A stretch of 64,000 nt of DNA from Takakia lepidozioides (taxonomy: Eukaryota > Plantae > Bryophyta), in assembly GCA_030704615.1 (NCBI GenBank), contig CM060733.1:44144001-44208000 (forward strand), written 5' to 3'. A model generated the notes under the pieces. It saw only the letters and a list, made by a program, of their open reading frames with translations. It was not told the origin of the DNA and made no database searches. Position 1 is the stretch's first letter. The number at the start of each line of letters is the position of its first letter. Of this stretch, positions 1 through 19,769 are shown in pieces. Position numbers and translations under genes: made by a program.

Positions 1-261
1 TGTGGATTTCTTCGCACCGTCCATCGTTCTCAATTGGAGACCCAGGATCAGTCACGGGCAATCAAGTTACAAAACTGCCCGATGACGTGGTGAGCGTAGA
101 CACGTTGCCATGGACCCAAAACCCATATTATATTTCATTTAATGCTTGCGTGGGCCCTACCATGTCCGTACGTTTAGGTTTGAAGGAGGAGTTGCGAGAC
201 TGATGAGATTGAGCTCCGCTGCTGACTCTTGTGAGACTGCGCATGAGCGGAGCTCGCCACC

Positions 262-7135
<6,874 letters not shown>

Positions 7136-7810
7136 TTTAGTACTCTTTCACTGCAAGAAGAGGCCCTTAAGATTGTTTGGTCAATGATGGGAATGTTATT
7201 AAGCTTAATCAGGATATCCTAGAGCTGCTGTATTGCAGATCCTAGAGTATTCTTCCTTATTAATAAATGTCAAGTCAATGAAAGATGCAAGTTAGGTTCC
7301 ATTCATATTTGTTACAAGACCTATGTCGACAGTCTAATTGAAAAATCTAACTTTCGAATGTGAATATTCCATGGGGGTGGATAAATTACCAACAAAGAAC
7401 TTCAAATTGTTCTAGCATAGTTTAGAGCCAGATGGCCCATGGAGTACAGCAACTTTGCCAAGCTTTGAACAAATAAGTTAATAGGAAATTCAATTTCCAT
7501 ACACAACTTGAGGAGAGTTTGAACCAACTTTCAACTGAACAGTTTTGGCCAAGCCCAAGCAGATAGGCAGCTATTCAAAAGGATTGGAAGTTACCCAACC
7601 AACCTGGCATATTGTTCCATTTCGTGCAGTGTTGTGATCCTATTTTTCAACTGCACATCACACTTCAAGGATAAAGATGAGGTGTGACTGGGCCATTTGA
7701 GATTCTAGAAAACGCAGAAAAGTTCATGCCCCTTTCTCCAGCCTGTCACTGTGCCTTACTTTTCACATGTGACAAAAACACTGGATCTCTCACTCTCCTC
7801 TTCATTTCAC

Positions 7811-7873
7811 GAGGTGCACGCCGCCATCCGGCACTGGTTGAAGGAGAACGTCTCCCCCCGATGAGGTTTCCTC
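7811..7873 (+). pseudogene. TPI: Plastid-type triosephosphate isomerase fragment, part 5' of the hAT MITE insertion
   Basis: Translates EVHAAIRHWLKENVS(extra C run)DEVSS and joins 29248 across the TSD GTTTCCTC. Confidence 0.75.
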
Positions 7874-8256
7874 CAGTGTTGTGTGGGTATATTGAAGTAT
7901 AAGTAAGTTATTTTTGTCAAATCATTTACCCTCCAGGTATGGATAAATTGAAATCTCAAAAATTATTTACCCTCCGGGTATGGGTAAATTAACTTTTCAG
8001 ATTTCTATATAACCCCCGGGTATGGATGTATATGCCAAAATATACCCTGAGGGTATGAATAGTTTCCGGGTATGGATAGTTATTTCCATTAATATATAAT
8101 TTAATGGTTTTAAGGAATATATGATGTTCTTCAATATGTACAAAACACAAAAAAACAATCTATGGTAAAATATAAAATTGATAAGATATTGCATAATATT
8201 TTGGTGTTAATTTCCAATGGAAGATGGAGGAGGTTTGAGATTTAAAAAGCACATCG

Positions 8257-8316
8257 GCTGGTAGCTCAGCTAGTAAGTGCACACTGTGTGTTACTCAGGT
8301 GGTTCGGGGTTTGAAC
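8257..8316 (+). mobile_element. tRNA-derived SINE-like head; continues at 28598-~28770 after the hAT insertion
   Basis: A-box-like TAGCTCAGCTAG. B-box-like GGTTTGAACCC is reconstituted across the insertion. Body is followed by a (TAAA)n tail at ~28748-28769. No clean TSD seen. Confidence 0.5.
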
Positions 8317-8829
8317 CAGTGTTGGGCGGGTATATATGTTGACATATATACCCGGCCGGATAATAGTCACGGTATCGTACTATTGAGACCCGCCACCCAA
8401 GTTTTTGGTGGACCCGGTTTGAGTTAGAACCGGCGAGGGCCATCTCGCCACTTACCCGGCCCAAGCTGGAACCGGCGGGGGGCAACCTGGCCGACTACAT
8501 CATGGAACCTGACTGGAACCTTTGAAAATCAGTCGGGTATCAACTTTTGAAGAAGACCTTGAGATGTGATTACAACCGAGCTGCATTCATGAGTAGTGAT
8601 TATGCAGCCGCCTTCTGAAGATCTCTATCGTGTTAATTCTCTGAGCGCCCAAATGCGATGGCAGACCAACATTGTTGCGAGCTTAGAGTCTACAGACTTT
8701 GGGCTCCCTCCGGGAAATCATGGATGAGCAAGCTAGTTGTGCCTTGCAAGCATATGAAATCCCTGCATCTTCCAACATTTTACCACATGATGACACTGAG
8801 GTGAGCAAATTGGGCATGATCTTGCTATC

Positions 8830-11078
8830 GTGGATGAGGTTCTCGAAGATCCGCAAATCGAACTTGCACAACAGCAGCTCCTTGTTTTGCAAGCACAGGG
8901 CAAATTCTGGAAACCACACAATAGAGGCTCTGTCTGTTGGTCATTCTTTGCGTTGAATGATGCAGCTGAGGTGGACCATGTCAATCCTCAGATATTGCGC
9001 TGTATTGTCTGTCGATCCCAGCCTATGACTTCCAATCAGCTTGTTGGTAAGCGTAGTGTGCTCCGAAAAGGTCTTGTGAAATACAACAAGCTACATGGTA
9101 TCACTGCCATGCGCAAGCATGTTGACGTTGCTCATCCGGAATTGCTTGCTACGATGAAAGCACATTTGGCTGCGAAGGATCTGCGAAGCTCGAGCACAGC
9201 CGTCAAGCAAGTAAGAAACGAACTTTGCCTATAGGTTGTGCCATTACATGATACTTTGGGTCCACAAATCCTTACAAGCAAACAGATGAGCAGCAAGTGC
9301 AATTTTTGGAAGACCTTACACTTTACATTGCTAAAGGTTACAGGGCCCTCTCATCTGTTGAAAATTTGTGGCTTAGAAGATTGGTTTTGAGGCGGTGTCC
9401 TCGTGTCATATTTCCTTCTCGGAGACAATTTGTGGACGAGGTTTTGCCGTCAATGGTTGCTAAGACGATGGATCGTCATGTGTTGCCTTCCCTTGGAAGT
9501 TGTGTCTCTACATCTGCCAACTTCGATTTATGGATGAGCAGGGGTGGAGTCGACACTTTTGCCTTGGTAATCAATTTCATTAGTTCTGAGTGGGTTCCTG
9601 TTCATGTTACTGTGGGTCTATTTGAAGTGTCTGACACATCAAGGGTAGCGATGGCAGTTCAGTTGAAAACCTTACTCGACAGTTTTGATTTGACTAGACG
9701 CATTATTGCCTTTGTCAAGGATGAAGGAGGTAATTTGAGCACAATGGTTGCCGCTCTCAGATCTGTCGTATCATGCGATGTTTTGAAATCCCTTACAGTT
9801 TTTGAGGGCATATGCTTTGCACATGTGATGTCTAAAGCATGCCAATACGCAACAAATGAGGCCAAAGTTTGTGTAGATTTCAAGGAGGTTTCAGTTTCCG
9901 ATGCTCAAGCGTCACTACAAAAAACAATCACCCAAGAAAAGTGGAAAGGACAGAATTGAGTGGAACAAGGCCTGTGTGGATTCAGGGTTACGGCCTCGGA
10001 AACTGAAAACTCCTGTCAAAACCAGATTTGCATCAAAGGTGATAATGTTTGAAGAAACCATGGAGTTCAAAGAGGCCATTGTCACTTGTTATGGTCGTCA
10101 AAGTCTGACGCTCCAGCAAAGAGTTCCTAAGCCCCAAATCTGGGCTATTGCAGAGGTTGTTACAAGTTCTTTGAAATCTGTCGTGACAGCTTGTGTGGCA
10201 AACCAATCTCGAGGTCATTGGTTACTTTCTGATGCACTCAATGCGTCCATATCCATCTCAGTTATCATGCAAAGGGAGATGTTGGAGTTTGATGAGGAGA
10301 CGCAACCGCCAGATGTGTTCGAATTGGAGCTTCTCCTACTGAAAAGCAGGATACGGCAAAAGGTGTTACATGTTCTCAAACCTTTCCTTGCATTTCTATG
10401 GCATTTTGATGCACGCAAGGCGCATAATATGTTTGCACTTATGTTGGATCCTCGTTTCAAGGGGCTGAAACTTGTGTCAAATATATGTGGGCTGTGACGC
10501 TGCTGTACAACTTGTTCAGGACTATGACCAGAAATGTCTATTGCCTTTGCTGATGGTTTGTTAAAGCGGCTGAACCCGGCTACATGCGAGTCTGAAGTTG
10601 TTTCATCTCCTGAAACATATGAGGACGTTGGTGTGGGAGCATCAAACGAAGAAGCAAGTGCTGCAGTAGTGAAGGCTGAACTTTCATTATTTCGGCGATT
10701 CATTGTTCCTATAACTGCAACAACCGATCCCTTGTTATGGCGGCGTGATCACGAGCAACAATTTCCCAACGTTGCATATCTTGCCAAACAAATCTTTGGC
10801 ATCCCGGGGTCCCAAATTGAGACCGAACGAGTTTTTAGTCTTGCAAGTGTCCTCACAGCACTCCGTCGTTGTCGTTTGCAGGTTGAGAATCTTGACAGGC
10901 TGGTTATGGTGATCAAAAATTAGCTAGATGACCCTCGATATGATTGTAAACCTAGAGGAGATCTGAAAGATTTCATGGCTGGAGAGGCAACCCTAGCCGT
11001 GGATAACTATGATGTCATAGAAGAAGCAGGTTTTTTTGAGGATTTGAGCCTTTCAGATCATGGCCACATGATTAGCTA
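8830..11078 (+). pseudogene. hAT transposase (BED finger, DDE, hATC dimerisation domain), frameshifted
   Basis: BED-like W..F...CIVC...MRKHVDVAH; catalytic-region motifs NFDLW, FVKDEGGN, CFAH, LDPRFK and QIETERVFS. Split over several ORFs by frameshifts and stops. Confidence 0.92.
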
Positions 11079-11867
11079 GTTGGACTAGCCAATTGTACTT
11101 GGAACACCCCACATCTGCTTTTCTGGTGCGGATATGACAGAAGGAGGTATGTAGAAAGAGTTGGATTGGGGCAATTTGAAGGTGCCTAAACCAGGCTTTA
11201 TGATATCATAAAGTCCACATGAACACTACATGTTGTTGGAATGGCATAAGTACTCTCTCTTTCTCTCTTCCCTTTCTTTCTTTCTTTCTCTCTCTCTCTT
11301 TGTTTCTTCTCCCTACCCTCAAGGTCTGTGACATCAATTGAGGTTTGAAAACTAGATGCTTCTGATGACTCTACTTGTTCGTTTCAGAAATTGTTTCTAT
11401 GGCTACATTTCTACCCTAGCTATTGAGCAGTACTTTCTCAATAACATGCCAGATTATACTATCGTGCTGAGGGCACGTGGGTTTCTTCTAGTTATCTTAA
11501 ACAAATGCAATTCCTGCACGACAGTTGCACTTGTCCAGGTTTGAATCTTTTGATGAATTTATTAATATGCTTTCTTTTGTCCCATAAGCTCTTTGAGCTT
11601 CCTTGATGTTGTAGGTTTATTTCTTTTTCTGCTTTCTCATTTCCCGAGTCTATGGTCTCAAAGTTGCAACTTGCAGCAAACAGTCTCACAAGTACATTTT
11701 TATTTTCTATGTGGTTGGTGGAGCTTTGGCACTTGCATCGCTGTTTATCTCAACCAAGAGCTTATAGCACTGTCACAAAGTCCACATGACCAGGCCATGC
11801 TCTAATACTGAAGCTAAAGTCTTTACATGTCTGTTGCCCAAATTGTGGAGTTGCTCTGTTGTTGCAG

Positions 11868-12448
11868 GCTGTAGGTGGAGATGAGTGCAGCGAGGATCGG
11901 TTTTTGGCACAACATATTGCTGTTGGTTACTACTTCATGATGGTGGTCATTGGCCACAAGGCTATGGCAAACACTGTCTTACGAGTACATTCTCTCTCCC
12001 TCTCCCTCTCCCTATCTCTTTCTCTCTAGCAGTTGTGGCAAACATGTTATGAGTAAATTCTCTTCAGCAATTGTGGGCAAATGGCAACATCGGCAGTCTG
12101 AAATCAGCATTGTGTTTTGATGATGATGTTAGTTCACCTTGTATCCACATGCCCTTCACCAGATTGTCATTGGAGCTATGGCAATTTTGGGGTGAGTCTC
12201 ATGTACCAGGGTGGGCTGAAACAATGTTGCTTTTAGGTGGTAGGGAGTCCAACTGCCACCCGGAGGATTTTGAGGTCCAAAGGCAAGACCAAGCCAAGTC
12301 CTTGAACCTCATATTTTGAAGTTGAAGCCCACCTCTCTCATATGCAAGAAAGACTAAATACAAGTTTTCACATGAGGCAGGATTGTCCCTGAAGGTAGGG
12401 CTATATCTGATGGATATGATTGCAGATCACTTCTCAGAATATGTGGAC
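11868..12448 (+). pseudogene. PTOX: Captured plastid terminal oxidase (PTOX/IMMUTANS) fragment: exon, intron and start of next exon
   Basis: After acceptor TTGCAG: AVGGDECSEDRFLAQHIAVGYYFMMV (PTOX DRFLAQHIA..YYFM). A second acceptor at 12425 is followed by (Y)HFSEYV (PTOX YHFSECVE). Mirror copy at ~42060-42640 (-). Confidence 0.72.
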
Positions 12449-12920
12449 ATTCTCAATGCATGTGCCAGCCCAACAGCACTCGAACAGGGCAAGCGGCTAC
12501 ATGCCGGCATAATCAGAGTTGGTTTTGAATCAGATGTCCAAGTGGGGACTGCACTTGTCTGTATGTATTGCAAATGCGGGTGTGTGGGGGATGCGCGCGT
12601 CGTATTTGACACAATGATGTGGTCTCTGCATGGACTGGGATGATGGCAGGATATGCTCACCAAGGGCACAATGAAGAGGCTTTGGACCTCTTTCAACAAA
12701 TGCAACTAGTAGAAGGCATGAAGCCAAACAACATCACCTTCATCAGCGCCCTCCATGCGTGTGCCAGCCCGACCGCCCTAGAAATGGGCAAGCAGATTCA
12801 TGCAAGCATCATCAAAGCTGGATTTGTGTCAGATGTCCAAGTGGGGATTGCTCTTGTCAGCATGTATTGCAGATGGGAGTGTGGTGGATGCGCACCGAGT
12901 GGTCTTCAAAATGCCTGAAT
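12449..12920 (+). pseudogene. Captured PLS-class PPR fragment (L-S-P-L-S), frameshifted
   Basis: ILNACASPTALEQGKRLHAGII...VGTALVCMYCKCGCVGDARVVFDTM; VSAWTGMMAGYAHQGHNEEALDLFQQM...KPNNITFISALHACAS. Mirror copy at ~31360-31403 plus 41627-42060 (-). Confidence 0.9.
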
Positions 12921-14175
12921 GCCTTCCATACTTACGTCGAATTTATCAAACTACATGGAGGTGGGGTTTTTTTTCGTTTACACTATTCAAACTAGGTTTC
13001 AAGTATATGAATTGCAACCAGAGGATCCAGTTGCAACTCAACCATGCTACATTTTATCTTGTGCATCTTGAGGAATGGTTCTAAATTGTAGTCACAGGTC
13101 ATTGAGTGCTCCGGTGGTGCACTATGGACAATATCTTACCAGGAAGACGTAGTTTTGGCTTTTCTTTTCATTAAAACCGATCTAGTTCTTTCTGGAAAGT
13201 GCAAGGTGCAGTCTTATGTAGCACTGGAGTATGAATTTACAAGACCATGTGCATCCTGCAAGAGTTCCCATATTCTTGTTCATGTGCAGCTGAATTCTTG
13301 TGCCACCATCTCCTGTGGGGACATAACCCACCACTGCCCAAAATTTATCAGTCTAGCAAATAAAGGTCAAGGGCTTCTATGGAAATGCATCCTTTGTGAT
13401 GATGCTTGTTGTGTCTCTTTGTTGGTACTGTTATTGGCGTCTGGGTCCTAATTTGATCCACAGAGGAACTGAAATAATTACCTGTATCAGAAGTTGTTGT
13501 GCAGTGATACGGTGAGGATTTTTTGTGCATCAAACAAATAGAGAGGGCCAAGGGGTCAAGTTGTTTGGTAGGTCCTTGTTGGGGGTAATATACTCTAATG
13601 GGTTGTGATGTTTTGCAGGCTACCACATAATCAGATTTGAGGTGATATGTAACCAGCTGGCAATGTCCGAGCTTCTATTTCGAAACATGTTAGATGCTTC
13701 CTCACTAAACAGGTGCTTGGTAATCTCTAAGGGCTAAGGATTGACAAATGTGAATGGTCATGACTGGGACAGATGCGGAGTATTTGGAATGCCCGATCTG
13801 AATATTCAGTTGAGCTTGCGAAGCGCATCAGCCATGACCAGCCATGACCGTAGCAAACCCTGCCTTTCATGACTACATTGCTATGTGCTATTTAACCCTT
13901 TTCCTTACAACTATGGGCAAGATTAGAATCTTATAGCACTGATGTTGTATGGAAGGCAAAAAAGCCTAATGGCTGTGGTTATGGTGTAAGTTGTCTGCTG
14001 AAAACTCAGGCTGTTTTCAGAAAAGTAAGATGCCATGACCAGCGACACTCTATAATCTACAGTTTTTGAATCGTGCATTTACGTGAGCAGGATTGTTGTG
14101 ATGGCACATAGAAGCAAGCACGGCAAATTTATTTCCATTTCTAGAGATATGAAATACAATGATTCTAGTAGGGTA

Positions 14176-16510
14176 TGTCAAGTAATTTTACCACTGGTGT
14201 GAAGTTAGCGAAATAGCTAGCTTTTATATATTGACATTTGGGATTGACCCAAGTGTCAATCCAGGGGCCAATACATGTTTGGGCACCTGGCGTTGTTATC
14301 TTCACGGCAGATCGCGGTGGGCTCAACTTTCTCGAGTTGAGCCTCACCGCGTCTAGCTATGGCGCCGTAGTGTGGATTCCCCATGGCGTGAGGTGCACTT
14401 GGTTCGACTTAATATATGAGTGATGTTTTCATGTGCGAGTGTGTGAGTTTGAGATAGCTTGTATGCTTGTATCATTCCTTTCCTTATCACTCGAGAAAGA
14501 TCAGCTCGAGTCTGTGAGTGTCAGGTTCGAGTTAGTTGTAGCACTTGTGTTTTCAGATCATAAGAAGCGGTTCAGCCTAGAGTGCAGGGAGCCGTGCAAT
14601 AGCCTATCCAAAGCGGATAGAGTGCAAAGGCGAACAGGTTGCAGGTTTGCCATGGATAGAGAGGCGGATAGCCTATGTTGAAGAGCGGCGTTGCATAGCT
14701 CAACGCTATGGCAACCAAGTTTGGGCTTCTAGTGTGAAGCGGAGGAGATGTTGGCCACGAGTGGGCGAACTGGTGGTTGTCTTCTTCAGCTGCAGGCTGA
14801 GTTAAGGAGCTGCAGGAATGTGGGCTGCACATGGGAAACTAGCATGTTGCAGGTTGGAGATGATATGATCAGCTCCAGGTATTTCTGCCCAAAACTAGTT
14901 GTTGCGGGTAGGTGAGGAGCAGTCGAATGGTGGAGCTGCGAGGGGATGCATCGTAGCCCGTTGGGAGCCTCAGCTCCAAGCTCATGAAGAGGTATGAGTG
15001 AAGAGAGGGGGCTGGTCCCTCTTGTGTGCAAATCAATGCATTTTATGAAGCATGCGCTGAGTTGGAGTTTCAATTTGAAACTCAGCAGTGTGAGGGCTCT
15101 TGGAGTGGCAAGAGCGGGGCTGGAAGGGCAGCAGTGAGGCGTCCTAGAGCCAGGGAATGTGCAGTAGAAATGCAGGTACACCAAGTTTATCAAGGTGTGT
15201 ATTTTCAAATTCACTTTTGTGAGTTTCGTGGAGAAATGGAGCTTGCTGGGCAGCATATAGCTTGCTTGTTGAGTTGGGGGCACTTCTAGTGGGCCGTGAG
15301 AGCTCAGGAGTGCAGGGAGACGGGGCTGATGGCTCCGCAGAAGCCATAGCTCAGCGGCAGCAGATGCAGGAGCAAACCCCAGCTCGGGGAGAGCTCGGGA
15401 ACGCGTGGGAACGCCGGGAACACCTCGGGAACGCATGGGAACTCGTTGGGAGTTCCAGGGAACGCAAGGAATAGTGGCCATGATGGACCGTTGGGGCGGT
15501 ATCATGAGATACCACGAGCCCAGATCGTGATGGTTGACCGTGACCGTTGGAACCCGTTGTGCGGACACAACGGGTTGGCACAGTGACCAGATCATGAGGA
15601 TGGCGGGCCGTGAAGGCTCGTGGGAGTGGTATCACGGGGTATCATTGGGCAGCCCGTGGCCAACGAGCGCCTAGGGCGGGCCGTGAGGAGTAGTGGCGGT
15701 TGGAGCCACGGAAGGCCGCGAACAGTTAGAGTGAAAAAATAATAATAATAATAAAATAAAATAAAATAAATTCACTCGTTTCGTGGGACCTTGATGGGGA
15801 GGCTGGGCTCTGAAGAACAACGGTTTTGAGCTAGCTGATCCAGCAGAAAAGTCGGAATTGCCTCCCTGTTGCGTTTTAACAAAGGGGATTACTCCCCTGC
15901 AGGTAATCTTTTCTGGTTTTCAGCCCAATTCTTAACTATGGGGGAGACCAGCCTGCAGGTAATGCCTTTGGACAGAATGTTGTTGGGGCCTATATGTACC
16001 TCTATTTGCTCCATTTTTTAACCTTTAGCGAATGGTGTGGTTTCCTGAGGTGGTTCCATTCAGAGGAATGGCTGGTGGACGTAAGGAGGCACTGGCGGAC
16101 CCTGTGGAGGCTTGCATGGGGCCTTGGAGGCCAAGTTTCATGAGCTCGTGGAGGGCGGTTCGAGGAGTGTCTACAGGATGCTCTCATGGTCATGCAAGTG
16201 AGAGAAGAGAGGAAAAAAGAGGGTGTTGGGATGAGAACGTGCTGGGGATAGGCATTGCTTTAGTTTCCCTTCCTCGTAGCTTTCCACCTTCTCTGTAGGC
16301 CGAGACCTTTCCGTAGGTGGAGGCAAAAGTCAGTCCGGGTTTGGGCTGGGTTGCAGGAGCGACACTGTGGAGAGATTTTTGGTGTAGGGGAGTTGTTGTT
16401 TTCATTCTTGTGTTTAGATCCCCTCCACACCTGCATTCTTGATTGTGCGCCATGCTAGTTTTGTGTGGGCGCTTGATTTTATAGGTGGTGGACTCGGGCT
16501 TGATCGCCGA
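14176..16510 (+). repeat. LTR-like long repeat A (diverged homologue of 24713-28406)
   Basis: Starts TGTCAAGT exactly where hAT copy 1 departs from copy 2. Shares blocks with B at both ends (TTATCTTCACG, CTCGAGTTGAGCCT, ATCACTCGAGA.AGATCA; AGTCAGTCCGGG, TGTGCGCCATG..GTTTTGTGTGGGCGCTTG). Confidence 0.55.
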
Positions 16511-16772
16511 TCCCACCCTAGAGCATGTTGTTGATGGTGAGGCTGGGTTGATGACCAGTCAGACCATCTTTGTTTCTCCTGTGGTGAGGTTGGAGGTGAT
16601 GACCAGCCAACCATAGGAGTGCCTGCGGTGGATGCAGGTGCAAGTGCAGGCTATGTTAGGAACCTAGTATTCCAAACCATAAGCCGCATCAAGTTCTCTA
16701 CCCGGTTACCTTGTGGAGAGGGGGTTAGAGACATGTTCATGACCGGTTGAGTGTCAGTTTGTCAACACGGAG

Positions 16773-18243
16773 GTGCTACTAGTTGCTGGGGAAAGTGCCA
16801 GTACGAACACTAGCGATACTAGCGGGTATACGAGACGAGGTGTGCGGTTTAGGCCACCTTCACCTCCTGTGTCTTCTACAGAAGATTCTGATTCGGATTG
16901 TGAATCAGGAAGACTCACACCGGCGGTGCAAGTTGTTTCCTTGCCATTGTTGTGGGACACGATGGAGGAGATGTATGGAGCCACCAAGGGGCCATGAAGG
17001 TACTCTGGGGCGGTGGGCACCATTGAGTTGGATGATTTTATCCAGGAGTTTGACAGTTGGTGTGACTTGCAGCAAATGCACAATCCACAACTGTTTACGC
17101 CTTTCATGGCATGGAAGGGGTTGTTTCAGCACCTTGAGGGGCCGCCCATGGACAATTACCATGAGTTTAGGCGGGGGCACGATGTTGAGATCGAGGAGTG
17201 GAGGATGTACTGGTCACCCGACTGTGTCTCCATCACTAGAGGCACTAGAGGGACAAGGGCAGCAGCCATACCGGCAGCTACACCGGCAGCTTCCACGAGC
17301 AGTAGTGGGACTAGTGGTACAGCAACTACGACGGCCACCCAAGCCACTGCTGCACCAGCACCAGTGGCGGTGCCTGCCTTCAACCCTGTTGTGGAGTTCT
17401 TCGAAGAGTTGAGAATGAACTACCAAGGGGTGAGGACAGAGAAGTTGAGGAGCTTGCAAGAGTTCCAGAGGAAGCCTACTGAGAGCTTGAGGGAGGCTTT
17501 CACTCGCATGAGGCGCTTGATAAATGTAGTGGTGCCCCACCCATAGTGGTAGTGGCACCCCTCACTAGTGGTAGTGCTGCCCCGCACATGAATCCCATGC
17601 CTCCCATGTCTCCTCACTCAGGAGCAGGAGGTGGACCATCCGGCCTTGGAGCCGGTACCACCTGAGCTGTGGCCATGGCAGTTACGGAGGCTCAGGCAGT
17701 CCAGTTCTGGTATGGGATATTGGACAAGGAGCTGAGGAGAAGGGTGCGGGATGCAACTCTCCTACAAGTGGCCCAACCCACCTTAGCAAATGTGTTTTTG
17801 CTGGCGGAGCGGTTATAGCTCAACATGGTGGAGGAATGAGTGGTCATGGTGGGATTGCTAAGGAGGCACCACGGGGTAGTGGTGCTCCTAGCCAGCCACT
17901 ACCTCAACGTGCTCAAGGCAGCAAGGGAGCTCAGGTGAAGCCCAGGGAAGGGCAGAGAGGACCTCAGATGCAAGGGTCTCTCCCTTCATTTGCTAGCCAA
18001 CAATGGGCGGATGTGGTATGCTGGATATGTGGAGGACCCCATATCAAGAAGGATTGCCCAGAGGGAGGCAATGGTTTAGCACTGGCACAGCCTGTACAGT
18101 TGCAATGTGGGCATTGTGGCAAGTACGGGCATGGAGAAGCCCAGTGCTATGGTTTGCATCCTGAGTTGTGCCCAGGCCAGTTCCAAGGGAACAATGGTGG
18201 CCGGGGGCGAGGTGGAGCAGCCCAGAGAGGACGAGGTGGCTAG
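16773..18243 (+). pseudogene. Gag-like region with two zinc knuckles
   Basis: LDDFIQEFDSWC...FFEELRMNYQG...LQEFQRKPTESLREAFTRM (retrotransposon gag-like); CWICGGPHIKKDC and CGHCGKYGHGEAQC knuckles. Confidence 0.8.
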
Positions 18244-18989
18244 GCACGAGGTGCAGGCCAAGGGCAAGCTCAACATGGCCAAGGACGCGGAGGTCAGGGT
18301 GGTGACCAAGGCATGGCCAACCGGCTTCTAGTGAGGGGTGCCACTACCACTATCACTGTGGGTGGGGCACCACTACCACTAGTGTCGGGCAGCACTACCA
18401 CTACCACTATGTGCGGGGCAAGACTACCACTAGTGCAAGTGGAGTCAGCTGCGGCAGTGACTCGAGGAGCAGCACGAGTTCCCGAGCCACGGGGTGCGGA
18501 GGTGGAGTTAGATCCACAGCGTGGGGAGGCAAGCCGTTAGGCCAGGCTTCCTCAGTCATTCACATTGGCAGAGACAGTGTTGACGCTGTCCATGGCCTCT
18601 AGTTCCCGCCCGACTGTTACCGAGGCGGAGGTTACTATGCCATTGGGGAGAGCTACACGGGCAGCACCACTACTTAGTGTTACCAAGGCTACGGCAACTA
18701 GTGTGCTGCTGGGGGCGGCCACAGCTGTGTGCCAGGCTCCATTGTTCTCGGCTACCATGATTGCGACGCCAGGGGTAAGACCAGCTGAGGTGTTCAGGCT
18801 AGCAGCGTCACTCTGTGAGAGTGGGGAGGTTACTTCATCTTCTGCGGAGATAGTGGGAGGTGTAGTGCCGGAGGGATCCTCGGATGTGAGGGTCAAGACT
18901 GCCACGGCGGCGCCATGGCAAGCTGCAGCTGTCAGGTTGATGGAGCTGTCAGCTAGGCCAGCCATTGAGCGCGCCATGGTGACACCTAG

Positions 18990-19392
18990 AGTTGTCATGT
19001 TAGACAACCAGGATGGCATTTTGTGTTTGAGTGGACCGGCAGGCAAGAGGTACCGGCCATTGCGGGTCTTGTTGGACTCAGGAGCTCAGCCATTGATGCT
19101 GGGCAGAGCTGCTATTGTAGGCTTGGGCCTCACGGAGGCGGATATGGAGCCGTGCCCTTTCCAGATACAGACATCTCTGGGAGGATCAGAGCAGGCTCGG
19201 GGCATAACACGGCGTGAGTTGGCTATCAGACTACAGCCGGATCATCCTACAGATGGCTCAGTGATGAGAGCCAAGGCCATTGTGACAGACGCGGTCTCGT
19301 ACGATGTCCTTGTTGGTAGGGCAGTGTTGTACCCCATGGGCTTCACCCTGGATTTTTGGGAGGAGTCAGCTTCCTATAGGCCTGGATGGTAG
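18990..19392 (+). pseudogene. Retropepsin-type aspartic protease
   Basis: RVLLDSGAQ catalytic motif and YDVLVGRAVL. Confidence 0.85.
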
Positions 19393-19769
19393 TCAGGGGA
19401 GGGCCAACGTGTGCAGCTCCATGTGACGTTCATAGGAGGAGTGGCGGTTGCCCAGCGAGGCAAGATGCCAACACTGGCAGCATTCACAGCTGCAGTGACT
19501 TGGCCTGGAGAGTTGTTGGATGCCAACACTCATTCAGAGGATGTGTTACCTCCGGGAGAGCAGGATGACATGTATGGTATGGCGGAATTGTCTGCCATGG
19601 TTGCTCACACTCCATTGTGGGGCTCGAGCAAGGATTTGCAGCGGGTTACTGATTATCGTGTCCTGGGTAGAGGCTTTTGTACCGTCAGGAGAGGAGGACA
19701 GTGCAGGGATTGCACCAGGTCCACCTCAGTTGTCACCATTGGACACCACACCGATCATGTGGCAGTGTC

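Noticed and set aside
8257-8316. Functional tRNA gene
   Set aside because: Only A/B-box similarity; no convincing cloverleaf, and it is interrupted by a 20 kb insertion.
13619-13712. Exon-like third cargo fragment in the hAT (YHIIRFEVICNQLAMSELLFRNMLDASSLN)
   Set aside because: It has splice-like borders, but I cannot assign it to any family; too short to support.
14786-15595. 269-aa minus-strand ORF in repeat A
   Set aside because: Low-complexity sequence built on GGGAACGC-type repeats; no recognisable motif.
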